Position numbers and translations under genes: made by a program. The notes under the pieces are model-generated. The model made no database searches. It was not told the DNA's origin and saw only the letters and a list, made by a program, of their open reading frames with translations. A DNA stretch of 64,000 nt from Thermodesulfobacteriota bacterium (lineage in GTDB: Bacteria; Desulfobacterota; Anaeroferrophillalia; Anaeroferrophillales; Tharpellaceae), in the NCBI GenBank assembly GCA_024762675.1, contig JANTGZ010000001.1:14322-78321 (forward strand), written 5' to 3'. Below are positions 28,439-38,608 of the stretch, one piece after another. Position 1 is the first letter of the stretch. The number at the start of each line of letters is the position of its first letter.

Positions 28439-29596
28439 TCAGCGTCCTAAACTAAGTCTTTGCCCGATCATTATTTTTGAGCTATTAAGCTTATTGATTT
28501 TTTTCAGTCTCGTGATCGGGATCTGAAAGCGACGGCTGATAGCCCCTAAAGTGTCTCCGTTTTTAACGGTGTAATATGGTTGGCGGTAATTTTTTTTATC
28601 GGGTAATGGTTTTAATGTCTTAAAAACTGTTGCCATTTTATGACTGGAGCCTTTTGGGAGGAGCAGATTGAACCTGCCGCTGGGTAATTGTTTGCTGATC
28701 AGGTGGGGGTTAAGTTTTTTCAGGGTGTGATAGGTGGTTCCTAGCTGCAGGGCGAAATCGGTCAGCAAAAATTCATTTTTCAGCTTTAATGAAACCGGCT
28801 CTCCGGTCAAGGGTTGATAATATTGGTCGGCTGAGACGTTGAAACCATAAATTTCCGGATTAGTGAGGATTATTTTAATGGCTGCCAGGCGATATAGGTA
28901 GCGTTCGCTCTCCTGGGGTAGAGAGAGGTGGTAGTAATCGCTGGATTTCTGTTCATCCATGGCGCTACTGACCCTCTGTTCTCCGCAATTATAGGCTGCT
29001 AAAGCCAGGGACCAGTGTGAAAATTTTTCTTTTAAAAAGGAGAGATAAGAGAGAGCTGAGCGGGTTGCAGCGAGAAGGTCAAGTCGTTCATCGATGGTGG
29101 TAGTGATGCGCAGGCCCTGACGGCGACCGGTATGTTTCATGAACTGCCAGAGTCCGGCGGCCCCGGCCCGGGAATGGATATCTACAATCAGTGAACTTTC
29201 AGCAACCGGCAGATATTTCAGATCATCAGGCAGGTCGGCGGCCTTTAGCTCTTTTGCAAAAAAAGGGAGGTATCGGGAACTGCGTTTAAGCCACATTTCA
29301 ACTTGAGCGCGATTATGAACTGCAATCGTAAATTCACGGTCAAGCATTTCACGGCAGTGACGCTCACTCAACGGCAGAGGTTCACCGCAGAATGAGAGGG
29401 TTTTCGGTATCTTGAAGCTGGGAAAGATTTGGCCGGCGTTTTTATGTGGTAGGGATGGTTGGTTTTCAGGCAGGGCCGCAAGCGGTGTTGCCTGAATCAA
29501 GAAGATCCCGAGGGCAAAGAATATAATATGTTTGATTTTATATGGTTTTTTGTTGTACATATCAGCATTTTTAATGTTTTTTCCGGTATTCGTCAA
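28439..29596 (-). CDS. mltD: membrane-bound lytic murein transglycosylase D-like (SLT domain + LysM)
   Basis: SLT motifs (ESSLIVD...AGAAGLWQF...AYNCGEQRV). C-terminal LysM (YTVKNGDTLGAISRRFQIPITRLKKINKL). Confidence 0.8.
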   Translation of the reverse strand: MTNTGKNIKNADMYNKKPYKIKHIIFFALGIFLIQATPLAALPENQPSLPHKNAGQIFPSFKIPKTLSFCGEPLPLSERHCREMLDREFTIAVHNRAQVEMWLKRSSRYLPFFAKELKAADLPDDLKYLPVAESSLIVDIHSRAGAAGLWQFMKHTGRRQGLRITTTIDERLDLLAATRSALSYLSFLKEKFSHWSLALAAYNCGEQRVSSAMDEQKSSDYYHLSLPQESERYLYRLAAIKIILTNPEIYGFNVSADQYYQPLTGEPVSLKLKNEFLLTDFALQLGTTYHTLKKLNPHLISKQLPSGRFNLLLPKGSSHKMATVFKTLKPLPDKKNYRQPYYTVKNGDTLGAISRRFQIPITRLKKINKLNSSKIMIGQRLSLGR

Positions 29597-29608
29597 GTTT
29601 GAAAAAAG

Positions 29609-30325
29609 ATGTTTCTGAAAAGCCGAAAAAAGAAAAAATCCAGATCCTGGCGCAGTCGTTTTTTGATTTTGTGTCTTTTTGTGGTTCTGCTGACGGCATT
29701 GCAGGTTTTTATTTTTGGTTTTATAAAACCGCCCTTAACTATTCCTGTTGCCCGGGCCTGGATTGCCTATGGATTTAAGCAGGAAAATTATCCACAACCT
29801 CGTCAGTGGGTTGAGCTTGAAGGTTTTTCACCACATTTACGGCGGGCTGTGCTAGCCTCTGAAGATCAGCGTTTTTTACGTCATCACGGTTTTGATTTTA
29901 TTGAACTTGGACAGGCTCTGCGGTCTCTGCATGAGGGAGGTGCTTTGCGTGGGGCCAGTACCATCTCTATGCAGACGGCCCGGACCATGTTTTTATGGCC
30001 GGCCCGTAGTTGGTGGCGGAAGTTCGGTGAAGCTTACTATACGTTGTGGCTGGAACTGCTCTGGAGTAAAGAGAAAATTCTTGAATTCTATTTAAACAGT
30101 GTTGACTGGGGACCCGGAATCTTTGGCGCAGAAGCTGCATCCTTGAAATACTTCAATTGTCATGCCCTCTACCTTGATGCCCGGCAGGCAGCTTTGCTGG
30201 CTGCGGTACTTCCGGGACCTCACCTTTGGCGGCCGGACAGGCCGACTGAAGCTGTCATGCGCCGGGTCGAAAGGATCCAACAAGAGATGGAAAAAATGCC
30301 TCTGGTAGAAAATGGGAAATCTTAG
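29609..30325 (+). CDS. mtgA: monofunctional biosynthetic peptidoglycan glycosyltransferase
   Basis: GT51 motifs (ASEDQRFLRHHGFD; ISMQTAR; TLWLELLWSKEKILEFYLN). Confidence 0.88.
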   Translation: MFLKSRKKKKSRSWRSRFLILCLFVVLLTALQVFIFGFIKPPLTIPVARAWIAYGFKQENYPQPRQWVELEGFSPHLRRAVLASEDQRFLRHHGFDFIELGQALRSLHEGGALRGASTISMQTARTMFLWPARSWWRKFGEAYYTLWLELLWSKEKILEFYLNSVDWGPGIFGAEAASLKYFNCHALYLDARQAALLAAVLPGPHLWRPDRPTEAVMRRVERIQQEMEKMPLVENGKS

Positions 30326-30489
30326 TTGGTGAGACCTAGTATGACGTTTTAAGCGTGTCCGACTTGTCGGTAGTTTTTTATATGGTCATCCTGGGTCGTA
30401 ACAATAGTCTTTATACTTGACAAGGTTCAGTTAACCGTTGTAGTCAGCGTCTGTTTCTATATCTAGAAGAGAATTTTGATAGCATATTT

Positions 30490-31278
30490 ATGGGTTTTTT
30501 GAAGAATCTCAAGTTTTGGCATAGGGACTCATCCTACTTGCCTTCGGTTGACGAAAATCTTGTTTCAACCGAGTTGCTTGAAGAAGAGTTTTCGGGTGAC
30601 GGTCGTGAACTTCGTGATCATGGGTCTGGAAAAGCTCTTTATCAGAGTGGGGAAGGCCGGGTTTTTCTGCTTGGACTGCTACTCAGTGTTGTTTTTGTTG
30701 TTCTGATCACCTACTCTCTGGCAATTGATATAAAAGCCGGGCAGACCCTCTTGTTGGCCTTTGTGGCCCATACTTTAGGTGGTAGGGCTGCTGGTATCGG
30801 GCTCTGTATTGCCTTTGAGTTTTCAACCTGGGTTACGATAGCTTACAATATGTTTCTTGAAATATTGATTGTTTGTTACTGTTATTCGCTTTTTGTTTTC
30901 TCATTTAAAAATTATCTCAATTGTAAATGGCTCACAATTGCTTCAAAAAATGCTGAAAAACAAGCTCTTAAACATAAAAATGTCGTCGCTCGTTACGGCT
31001 GGCTGGGGATCTTTGCTTTTGTTATGATTCCACTGCCGATTACGGGCCCGGCGGCGGGGTCAATTATTGCCTATTTTCTAAAGTTCAGTATTAAGCGTAA
31101 CTTCGCTGCGGTATTTTCCGGGACTTTGGCATCAATTGTTATCTGGACCTTTTTCTTTGACTATCTCGACCGCCATATTGCAATCTTTAAGTATGTAGTG
31201 GTTGGGGCGCTTTTAATTGTCTTTATCTACTATTTTAAGACTCTTAAGAGATGGTTTACGCAAGAGATAGAGGAGTGA
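30490..31278 (+). CDS. polytopic membrane protein (COG2426 small-multidrug-export-like family) with N-terminal soluble extension
   Basis: Several TM helices. IPLPITGPAAGSIIAYFLK motif resembles the COG2426 family. Assignment tentative. Confidence 0.45.
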   Translation: MGFLKNLKFWHRDSSYLPSVDENLVSTELLEEEFSGDGRELRDHGSGKALYQSGEGRVFLLGLLLSVVFVVLITYSLAIDIKAGQTLLLAFVAHTLGGRAAGIGLCIAFEFSTWVTIAYNMFLEILIVCYCYSLFVFSFKNYLNCKWLTIASKNAEKQALKHKNVVARYGWLGIFAFVMIPLPITGPAAGSIIAYFLKFSIKRNFAAVFSGTLASIVIWTFFFDYLDRHIAIFKYVVVGALLIVFIYYFKTLKRWFTQEIEE

Positions 31279-31332
31279 CGGTTTTTTGCATTAATATCAA
31301 AAGTAATTTTTATACCTTGATGGAGGGCTCTG

Positions 31333-31611
31333 ATGGAAACAAGATTGGCACTTAAAGGTGATGTTGCAAACGTTGAAACCTGGGATGAATTTTCACAAGA
31401 CCTTACGGCTGCAACTGATGCCGGGGTGGGCAAACTGGTTCTCGATATGGAAAGGGTAACTTATCTCAATTCGAGCGCTCTCGGATCTATTGTGAGTGCT
31501 CAGAGAAAGGTTGCTGATCGGAATGGTGAAATGGTTTTGGTTAATGTTTCAAAAAAGTTGCTCCAGTTTTTTGAGCTCTATAATCTGACGGAAATTCTGA
31601 CGATCGAATAG
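31333..31611 (+). CDS. STAS-domain anti-sigma-factor antagonist (SpoIIAA-like)
   Basis: 92 aa STAS fold (VLDMERVTYLNSSALGSIVSAQRK...LYNLTEIL). Confidence 0.75.
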   Translation: METRLALKGDVANVETWDEFSQDLTAATDAGVGKLVLDMERVTYLNSSALGSIVSAQRKVADRNGEMVLVNVSKKLLQFFELYNLTEILTIE

Positions 31612-31727
31612 CCTGTTGTAAAATATTCCGGGCACTTATTGCAGCATTCGATGTTGTGTAGTGCCCGCAATCTTTTCTCTATACTCTTCTCCTGTTATCA
31701 CATGTCGGGAAAATCTCGTTCTTTCGT

Positions 31728-32564
31728 TTAAAACAGTTCCGATTTTAAGTATTCCTTCACTTCACTGAGACTTTCAACGATTAAATCACGTTTTTTGGGG
31801 AGTTCCGTTGGGCTCAATTCCAGGGTGACGGCACCTTCGTAGTTGCGCCCCTTGAGCATATAGAGGAAACGGGTTAATGGTAGGATCCCGCGCCCCGGAA
31901 AGAGGTGCTCCCGGCCGTGGCCGTAATCACTGAAATGGATATTTTTAATTCGACCGGTAACCAGAAGGCGTTGGAATTCACCGAGGAAGTTGGGGTTGTG
32001 AGAACCTATATGGGTCGTATCAAAGGTCATGAAAAGGTTATGCTTTTCGATGAATTCAAGCATATCTTCCGATTTTCTAAGAATGTTAGGGTTAAAGCGA
32101 ATACGGTTTCCGACATAGGGCATGTTTTCAAGGGTGACGATGACTTTGCTGTCTTTTACCAGGGTCTGGTAGTCTTTAACTTTATGGAACCAGCGACGGA
32201 AGGCGAATTCGGGAGGGAACCAAAAAGGGGGGTGAAAATTGACTAGCGGAATCTCAAAATCTCTCGCCAACTCAATACATCTAATGAGTGACTTTCCGCT
32301 GTGCCCCCAGCCGTGAAGTTTGAAGAAAGGGGCATGGATTGAGAGTATCGGACAGAGTGGAAGCAACTTCTCAATAATTTTGTGAGGGTTGCCACTCTCG
32401 AAAAGAGCGTTGATGATTAATTCGACCCCGTCATAACCACTCTCAGAAGCGATCTCGAAGATCTCTGAAAGTTTCCTCGTGTAGAGGGTTCCGGCGGAGA
32501 GGACAACTGCTCGGCGCGGGGCGATGGTCCGAGGCGGAAGGTTGGTTGTAGATTGCGAATTCAT
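31728..32564 (-). CDS. sugar phosphate isomerase/epimerase (xylose-isomerase-like TIM barrel)
   Basis: AP endonuclease 2 / TIM-barrel family features. 278 aa. Confidence 0.6.
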   Translation of the reverse strand: MNSQSTTNLPPRTIAPRRAVVLSAGTLYTRKLSEIFEIASESGYDGVELIINALFESGNPHKIIEKLLPLCPILSIHAPFFKLHGWGHSGKSLIRCIELARDFEIPLVNFHPPFWFPPEFAFRRWFHKVKDYQTLVKDSKVIVTLENMPYVGNRIRFNPNILRKSEDMLEFIEKHNLFMTFDTTHIGSHNPNFLGEFQRLLVTGRIKNIHFSDYGHGREHLFPGRGILPLTRFLYMLKGRNYEGAVTLELSPTELPKKRDLIVESLSEVKEYLKSELF

Positions 32565-32729
32565 GGATATTTTTAAACAGGGTTAACTGTTGAATATTTA
32601 CCTTATAGTTGTTAGGGAGAGGTATTAATCTGAGCATAAATCTTTTGATTGATGAATATCCTCTCATTTATAATAACAAGAGTAGCAGGGAATTAAAACC
32701 AAAATCTTTAAAAATTAATCTACTTTACC

Positions 32730-33656
32730 ATGGGCAAGGTTATTACAACAATTATTCCGATTTTCATGCTGATTATGTTGGGAGCAGGGGCGCGACGTTT
32801 CGGTTTTATGAAGGCCGATTTTATTGCTGCAGCCAATCGTTTGGTTTTTTATCTGGCCATTCCGGCCCTGGTCTTTCGGGCCTTGACAAAAGCTTCATTG
32901 CGTTCAGAGTTTGATCCCTGGTCGGTGATCATGATGGTCATCGCAGTGCTCTTGGTTGTTGTGTTTACCGTATTTTATAATCGAAGTCGAAAAGTTGTTG
33001 ACGGGCCGCTACAGGGAACCTTTGCTCAGGCGGCAATCCATGGAAATCTCGGCTATATCGGCCTGGCGGTCGCCTTTTATTATCTCGATGAGAGTGGGTT
33101 TGCTCGGGCAAGTATGATGGTCGGTTTTTTGATGATTTTGCAGAATCTTTTAGGGGTTGTTTTACTGCAATATTATTGTTGTGAAAAATCAATTTCCCGT
33201 AGAGGCCGGGATCTGCTCGCCCCGGTACTACTTAATCCAGTTATCCTCGCCGCCTTATCTGGAATTGTTTTTAATTTAAGTACTCTGCCGATGCCGCAGA
33301 TAATCGATCGTTTTTTGATGATTCTAAGCGGTTTAGCTCTGCCTATGGGGCTTTTGCTGATTGGTGCATCGATCTCCTTTGCATTGCTTAGGCAGTGGCT
33401 GCCACAGGCTGCATTAGTCGCTTTGTTCAAACTTTTCTTGCTGCCGGCGGTCGGTTTACTGTTCTTCCGTTTAGCTGGTGTTGACGCCCAAACCTTTACT
33501 CCTGGGTTGATTCTGTTGGCCGCACCGACCGCGACTCTGACTTTTGTTATGGCCCGGGAGATGGGTGGGCATGTTGATTTGGCAGTCGCCTCTATCTCTT
33601 TAACGACGATCCTTTCGGCTTTCAGTTACGCTTTGTGGCTGGGCTTGTTGAATTGA
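32730..33656 (+). CDS. AEC (auxin efflux carrier) family transporter
   Basis: 308 aa, ~10 TM. N-terminal IIPIFMLIMLGAGARRFGF typical of AEC/malate-permease family. Confidence 0.8.
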   Translation: MGKVITTIIPIFMLIMLGAGARRFGFMKADFIAAANRLVFYLAIPALVFRALTKASLRSEFDPWSVIMMVIAVLLVVVFTVFYNRSRKVVDGPLQGTFAQAAIHGNLGYIGLAVAFYYLDESGFARASMMVGFLMILQNLLGVVLLQYYCCEKSISRRGRDLLAPVLLNPVILAALSGIVFNLSTLPMPQIIDRFLMILSGLALPMGLLLIGASISFALLRQWLPQAALVALFKLFLLPAVGLLFFRLAGVDAQTFTPGLILLAAPTATLTFVMAREMGGHVDLAVASISLTTILSAFSYALWLGLLN

Positions 33657-33678
33657 TGGAGATCGTCGGCCTCAGGCC

Positions 33679-34527
33679 TTAGGGGAAAAAGTTTTTTATA
33701 ACTTTGCTGAACGGCCCGGGATGGCCGTTAGCGATTGTCGAGTCGTCGATTTTTACGACCGGCAGGAGATCCACGGTTGAACTGGTGATAAAGACCTCGT
33801 CCGCTTTAAGAGTTTCCTGTAGAGTGCACTCCCTCTCAATCTGTTTGATACCATGTATGGCCGCTTGCTGCAGAATATAGCTTCGGGTGATGCCGTTCAA
33901 GATATACTGGTCAGCTTGAGGTGTGTAGAGGGTTTTATTCTTGATAAAAAAAATATTGCCGGCCGTACCTTCGTGTATCAGACCTTCTTCGGTGACAAAG
34001 AGAGCTTCCTGACATCCGCTCTCAACAGCCCTCTGTTTCATCATGATATTGGGCAGCAGGGAGATACTTTTTATGTCACAGCGGCTCCAGCGGATTTCAG
34101 GTACGGTGATTATAGAGACCCCTTGGGCTAGTTGTGGGTCATATTCAGGGTGCGGTCTAAATGTCATTGTCAGGTTGGCCCGGAGTTTTGCAGAGTAGTT
34201 ATGGCGTCGCGGTTCGATACCTCGGGTTATCTGGACATAGACCATGGTTTCGGTGAAGCCGGCCTTTCTGATACCGGTTTCGATGATTTCGGAAAGTTCG
34301 GGTAATGACGCGGGCATCTCTAAAATAATGCCGTCGGCACTTCGCTGTAACCTCTCGAGATGTTCTTTGATGAGGAAGGGTTTGCCGTTGCGTGTGACAA
34401 TTACTTCGTATATACCGTCAGCGAAGAGATAGCCGCGGTCATTTATTGGTATAAAGGCCTTCTCCAAGGGTATAAAATTATTATTGATGTAGGCAATTTC
34501 CGGCATTCTCGTGTTTCTCCTATTCAT
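33679..34527 (-). CDS. class IV aminotransferase (branched-chain / D-amino-acid aminotransferase or aminodeoxychorismate-lyase family)
   Basis: PLP fold-type IV motifs (DRGYLFADGIYEV...ERLQRSA; TRGIEPR). Confidence 0.8.
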   Translation of the reverse strand: MNRRNTRMPEIAYINNNFIPLEKAFIPINDRGYLFADGIYEVIVTRNGKPFLIKEHLERLQRSADGIILEMPASLPELSEIIETGIRKAGFTETMVYVQITRGIEPRRHNYSAKLRANLTMTFRPHPEYDPQLAQGVSIITVPEIRWSRCDIKSISLLPNIMMKQRAVESGCQEALFVTEEGLIHEGTAGNIFFIKNKTLYTPQADQYILNGITRSYILQQAAIHGIKQIERECTLQETLKADEVFITSSTVDLLPVVKIDDSTIANGHPGPFSKVIKNFFP

Positions 34528-35291
34528 TTGTCAGGCTTGTTTCCCGTTCTGAGGCCTGGTCGCAGGCTGTTCCAATAGATTCTGGCCTTCTCATTTCTAC
34601 TGTTGATAACCTTGTCCAGCCGGGCAAGGGTACTCTGTCGGCAAGCTTCATCCTCTCTCTCCTCGAGAAGCTGAATTTCATCTTCGATTAATTCCACCGC
34701 TCGCTCAAGGGGGTTGGGGTCGGCAATATTAGAGGGGAGCTTTTTTTGACCGAGCTCTTCAAATAGTTTTGCTGTTTCACAGTTCAGAACTCTCTTTTTT
34801 TCGACAATAAGCGGATTTTTTTCACTATCATTGAGGATTACCAGAGCGCTTTCCATGGCTTCAGTGTAGTCTTGAGCAATCAGGCAGGTAAAGGGTAGCA
34901 GGTGAAAAAGGCGGCCAATTTTAACACTTAGCTTTAAAAATGGTGAGAGGCCATAAAAGATAGCCGCCAGCATCTGGTTTCGGCTTTTCAATTCATTTAT
35001 AACATATCGACGAGTATCAAGTGAGAAGTTTTTGATTTCAGTATAATTTATAATGTGAATGTAGGGGCGATTCTGAAAGTATTGATCAATAATCTGAGTC
35101 GTGAAATGCATGAGGCTCTGGGCATCATGTAAGGTGGGTTTGCCGAAACTATGAGTCAAGAGAATCTGTTCACCGATAATGTCGGCGGAGATTTTATACT
35201 CATTACCAAAATCTATTCTATTCCATTCCGGCTTGTTGAGAATGGTTAGCTTGGTGACCGGGCAGGTATAGGTGTTGCGGGATTCACTCAT
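34524..35291 (-). CDS. hypothetical protein, translationally coupled upstream of the class IV aminotransferase
   Basis: 255-aa ORF whose stop overlaps the aminotransferase start (ATGA). No recognisable family. Confidence 0.5.
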   Translation of the reverse strand: MSESRNTYTCPVTKLTILNKPEWNRIDFGNEYKISADIIGEQILLTHSFGKPTLHDAQSLMHFTTQIIDQYFQNRPYIHIINYTEIKNFSLDTRRYVINELKSRNQMLAAIFYGLSPFLKLSVKIGRLFHLLPFTCLIAQDYTEAMESALVILNDSEKNPLIVEKKRVLNCETAKLFEELGQKKLPSNIADPNPLERAVELIEDEIQLLEEREDEACRQSTLARLDKVINSRNEKARIYWNSLRPGLRTGNKPDK

Positions 35292-35519
35292 GGATGATTT
35301 CTAAGCATAACGAAGAGTTGGATGAAATTGGCACTCTCAGGTAGTTTCCTGAGCCCGGGGAGGATGGCTCAGGAAATGATATATTTAGTGAGAGTCTATA
35401 AGGTGTGAGGGCTTGTAAAGTCAAGTTTTTATTGATAATTGTAACAGTGTCTGCGACTGAAAAATCCAGTCGCAGACACTATCGCAGTGAGGAGGCGGGG
35501 TGTTTGGGCGTCTGCTTGA

Positions 35520-37127
35520 TCAAAGAACAAAGACATTGCCGCGATTTATCAGAAAATCCGGATCAATGGCGGCTTTGCACTGTTTCAGTTGCTCGATTGC
35601 AGCCTGGTTGTAGAGGGTGATAAAATCTTTTCGTTTGCGTTTCCCGGTACCATGCTCGCCCGAATAGACACCGCCCAGCTCGACTGCTTTGGCAATGAAA
35701 AGATCGTAGAGTTGGGCGGCCCGTTTCAGTTTTTCCTGCTCCGGCAGCAGAGTGAAGTGAAGATGGCAGTCGCCAAAATGGCCGAATGATAGATAGTCGA
35801 TACCTTCGGTTTTGAGCAGGGTGTGAATGTACTCAAGGAACTCGGCAAAACGCTCAGGGGGTACGACTGTGTCGGTCATGATTGTATAGGTGCCGTGTTT
35901 CTGGATGACCTCGAGGGCGTTGGCCGGCATCGAGTGGCGTGACTCCATGAATATTCGGCGTTTGGGTTCATTGTCGAGAAGAAGAACAGCTTCCGGATCA
36001 ATGCCGCAATCAGCCGTCAGGAGGCGGTTAAACCAGAGCTCTATCTCCTGGTCGGGACTCTTTTCACCTATTGGTATCTGGAGGTAGATGGCAACCTGAT
36101 TATCACCATAAAAGAGGCGTTCTTTGTGGTCCATGTAGCTTAAGGAGTTGACGCCGAAATACTCAAAAGCGCTTAAGGTGCCGAAATTTCCGTCGAGCTC
36201 TTTATCGAGGAATTGATAAAAGGCAATCGCCTGGTTTTCATCAGGAAGTGAGAAAAAGAGGTCGAGGTACGCTTTTGGACGCGGGGCAAGTTTTAAAGTG
36301 CAACCAGTAACCAGCCCAAAGAGGCCTTCGCTGCCGATAAACATATCGATCAAATCGATTTTGCCGTCAGGGGATGAGAATGGACCACTGGCATTTTTAA
36401 TCTCGGGCCTTTGGTAGGTCGGTACTGGCCAGTACCTTTTATTATCTCCATCAGCCAGAATGAACTCCCCGTTTTCAGATATATACTGGCCCCGCACGGC
36501 GCTGATTTTTAGGCTATCGGGCAGGAGTATTTCAAGACCTTCAACCCAGTCTCTGGTGGCTCCAATCTCGCCTGGGGTAAAGCCGGAAGCGTTACAGGCG
36601 ATGCTTCCACCGACCCACGCATCACCTCGGCTGGTAGGGTCGATCGGGTAATAGAGACTTTTGTTGGTCGCTTCGAGAATCTTTTCACGCAGTTCCTCAA
36701 GGATAATATTGACAGGGCTGGTTACTTTAAGATTCTCTCGGTTAATAACAACATCAGGTTCATCAAGTTTTGCTGTTGAAAGGACAATGCCGCCTTCTGC
36801 AGTTGCGCTGCCGGTCAAATTGGAACGACCGGCGGAGAGTGTAATCGGGATCTTTGCTGCGCGCCCGGCCCTCAGGATGATTGCTGCCTGCCGTTCATTG
36901 CTCGGTCTGCAGAGGGCTTCGGCCTGGGCCGGAAGGTTGGAGCTGTCAGATGCGAATCCAGCGATAATCTCAGGATCTAAAACCAGCGTTAAAGAGAATT
37001 TTTCATTTAGGAATTCAGCGATCTCAAGCAGATTTTCGACTCCTTGATGAGTGCTGCAGAAATCGTCGATTTCCTGGTATTCAAGATCGCTCAGAACTTT
37101 GCTCAGGGGTATGATGTTTGTACTCAT
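35520..37127 (-). CDS. FAD-binding oxidoreductase (GlcD / D-lactate dehydrogenase-like FAD-linked oxidase)
   Basis: FAD PCMH-type domain and FAD-linked oxidase C-terminal region (EHGTGKRKRKDF...AIDP). Confidence 0.8.
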   Translation of the reverse strand: MSTNIIPLSKVLSDLEYQEIDDFCSTHQGVENLLEIAEFLNEKFSLTLVLDPEIIAGFASDSSNLPAQAEALCRPSNERQAAIILRAGRAAKIPITLSAGRSNLTGSATAEGGIVLSTAKLDEPDVVINRENLKVTSPVNIILEELREKILEATNKSLYYPIDPTSRGDAWVGGSIACNASGFTPGEIGATRDWVEGLEILLPDSLKISAVRGQYISENGEFILADGDNKRYWPVPTYQRPEIKNASGPFSSPDGKIDLIDMFIGSEGLFGLVTGCTLKLAPRPKAYLDLFFSLPDENQAIAFYQFLDKELDGNFGTLSAFEYFGVNSLSYMDHKERLFYGDNQVAIYLQIPIGEKSPDQEIELWFNRLLTADCGIDPEAVLLLDNEPKRRIFMESRHSMPANALEVIQKHGTYTIMTDTVVPPERFAEFLEYIHTLLKTEGIDYLSFGHFGDCHLHFTLLPEQEKLKRAAQLYDLFIAKAVELGGVYSGEHGTGKRKRKDFITLYNQAAIEQLKQCKAAIDPDFLINRGNVFVL

Positions 37128-37284
37128 GTTGTTTCCTCTTTAGTTTTTTTGTAACATTTAGGTTCCGTAATCGTATTGTCTCGATGTGGGGACATACCTC
37201 CAGGCCGGGCTTTAGCCCGTGACAGGTTGAGTTGTGTCCCCAGTAGAAGAGGGTGAAGCAAAGTTTACAGCTATCTGCTGTAAC

Positions 37285-38562
37285 TTAATTTTTGAGTTGC
37301 AGAATCTGTAGCGGACCGTCGGGAACTACGGCCCAGCGAGCTTGCGGTCCATGCTTATTGAGTAACTCAGCAATTGCCTTTTCCAGAGACTTGACCGGTT
37401 TCATATGGTAGCTTTCGATCTCATCACTACTTAAGCCGTCACTGTAAAGCCAGACCGGGTGATCAAGCATCACCTGATAGGTCTCCTGGGCACACCACTG
37501 ATCGGGAATAAAAAATTCTCGATCTAGAAGGCGCTCAATAAAATTTTTCGGGGTATCAACCATTTTCAGGATCTCAATATACTCCGGGCTTCCGGCACCC
37601 TCACTGCAGGCGCTGGCAATCACGATCTCACCGCCGGATTTAACGACCGGCGCAGCCCCGGTAATGCCCTTGACGGATTGGTAGAGGTTGCAGTCAAGAG
37701 GTGCGCCGGAGTTGGTTGTGACAATGAAATCCAGTGGTTTCTCAAGCTCTTTGGTGCAAAAAGGAGCAAGAAAACGACACCCTTCAAGGTGGGCCTTAAC
37801 TGGATCGCCGGCAAAAACCCGGGTGATCTTTTTGGCGGTATTAAGAGTTACGTTTACTATGAAATCGGCACCGGCTTTTTTCATGATCGCAAGCCCGGAC
37901 TCATGAAAAGGATTACCTTCCAGGGCTCCGTAAACCGTCATAGGATGGGCGATCATCTCCGGGCCATGCATATATTCAAGAGTCTCTATTGATGAGATGC
38001 CGGGTAGAATCGATTTGCGGCCGCCGGAAAAACCGGCCCACATATGGGGTTCTATAAAACCGGTTAAGACTTTAAGGTCGGCGGCAACATAGTGTCGGTT
38101 GATCAAGGCCGGGACGCCGTCATTAATCTCACCTACCAGAACCATATCCTCTGCTGCTTTTGAGAAATGGTTGATGATGCAGTAGTCTTTAGCAATTTCA
38201 TCTCCGACCAGGGCGATCAGCTCGTCTCCTTCATTGGGGCGATGGATACCGGTGGCGATGAGGATAGTGATAGCTTCTCTTTTTATACCAGCTTTCTCAA
38301 TTTCTGCAAGCAGAGGCGGAAGGATCATTTTATTGGGCACTGGACGGGTAATGTCACTGATAACTACACAGGCGCTTTTGCGCCCTTTTGCAAGATCGAC
38401 CAATGGTTTTGCTGCAATCGGGTTGAGTAAAGATTGCAGGACTGCATCTTTAGAGTTTTCGACGACCGGTGCTTCGCCTGGTTGCAATACGCCTTGGAAT
38501 CCAAGGCTTTCCGGAATCTCAAGCGCCAAACCGTCAAGGCCGTAACTCAGTGTGACTTCCAT
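37285..38562 (-). CDS. larA: LarA-family nickel-dependent lactate racemase-like protein (DUF2088)
   Basis: 425 aa. N-terminal LarA-type motifs (VVISDITRPVP...ILIATGIHRP). Confidence 0.7.
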   Translation of the reverse strand: MEVTLSYGLDGLALEIPESLGFQGVLQPGEAPVVENSKDAVLQSLLNPIAAKPLVDLAKGRKSACVVISDITRPVPNKMILPPLLAEIEKAGIKREAITILIATGIHRPNEGDELIALVGDEIAKDYCIINHFSKAAEDMVLVGEINDGVPALINRHYVAADLKVLTGFIEPHMWAGFSGGRKSILPGISSIETLEYMHGPEMIAHPMTVYGALEGNPFHESGLAIMKKAGADFIVNVTLNTAKKITRVFAGDPVKAHLEGCRFLAPFCTKELEKPLDFIVTTNSGAPLDCNLYQSVKGITGAAPVVKSGGEIVIASACSEGAGSPEYIEILKMVDTPKNFIERLLDREFFIPDQWCAQETYQVMLDHPVWLYSDGLSSDEIESYHMKPVKSLEKAIAELLNKHGPQARWAVVPDGPLQILQLKN

Positions 38563-38608
38563 TTTATCTCCCTTAGATCAGGTTTTGTTGTTTTGATATT
38601 GAACTCTT

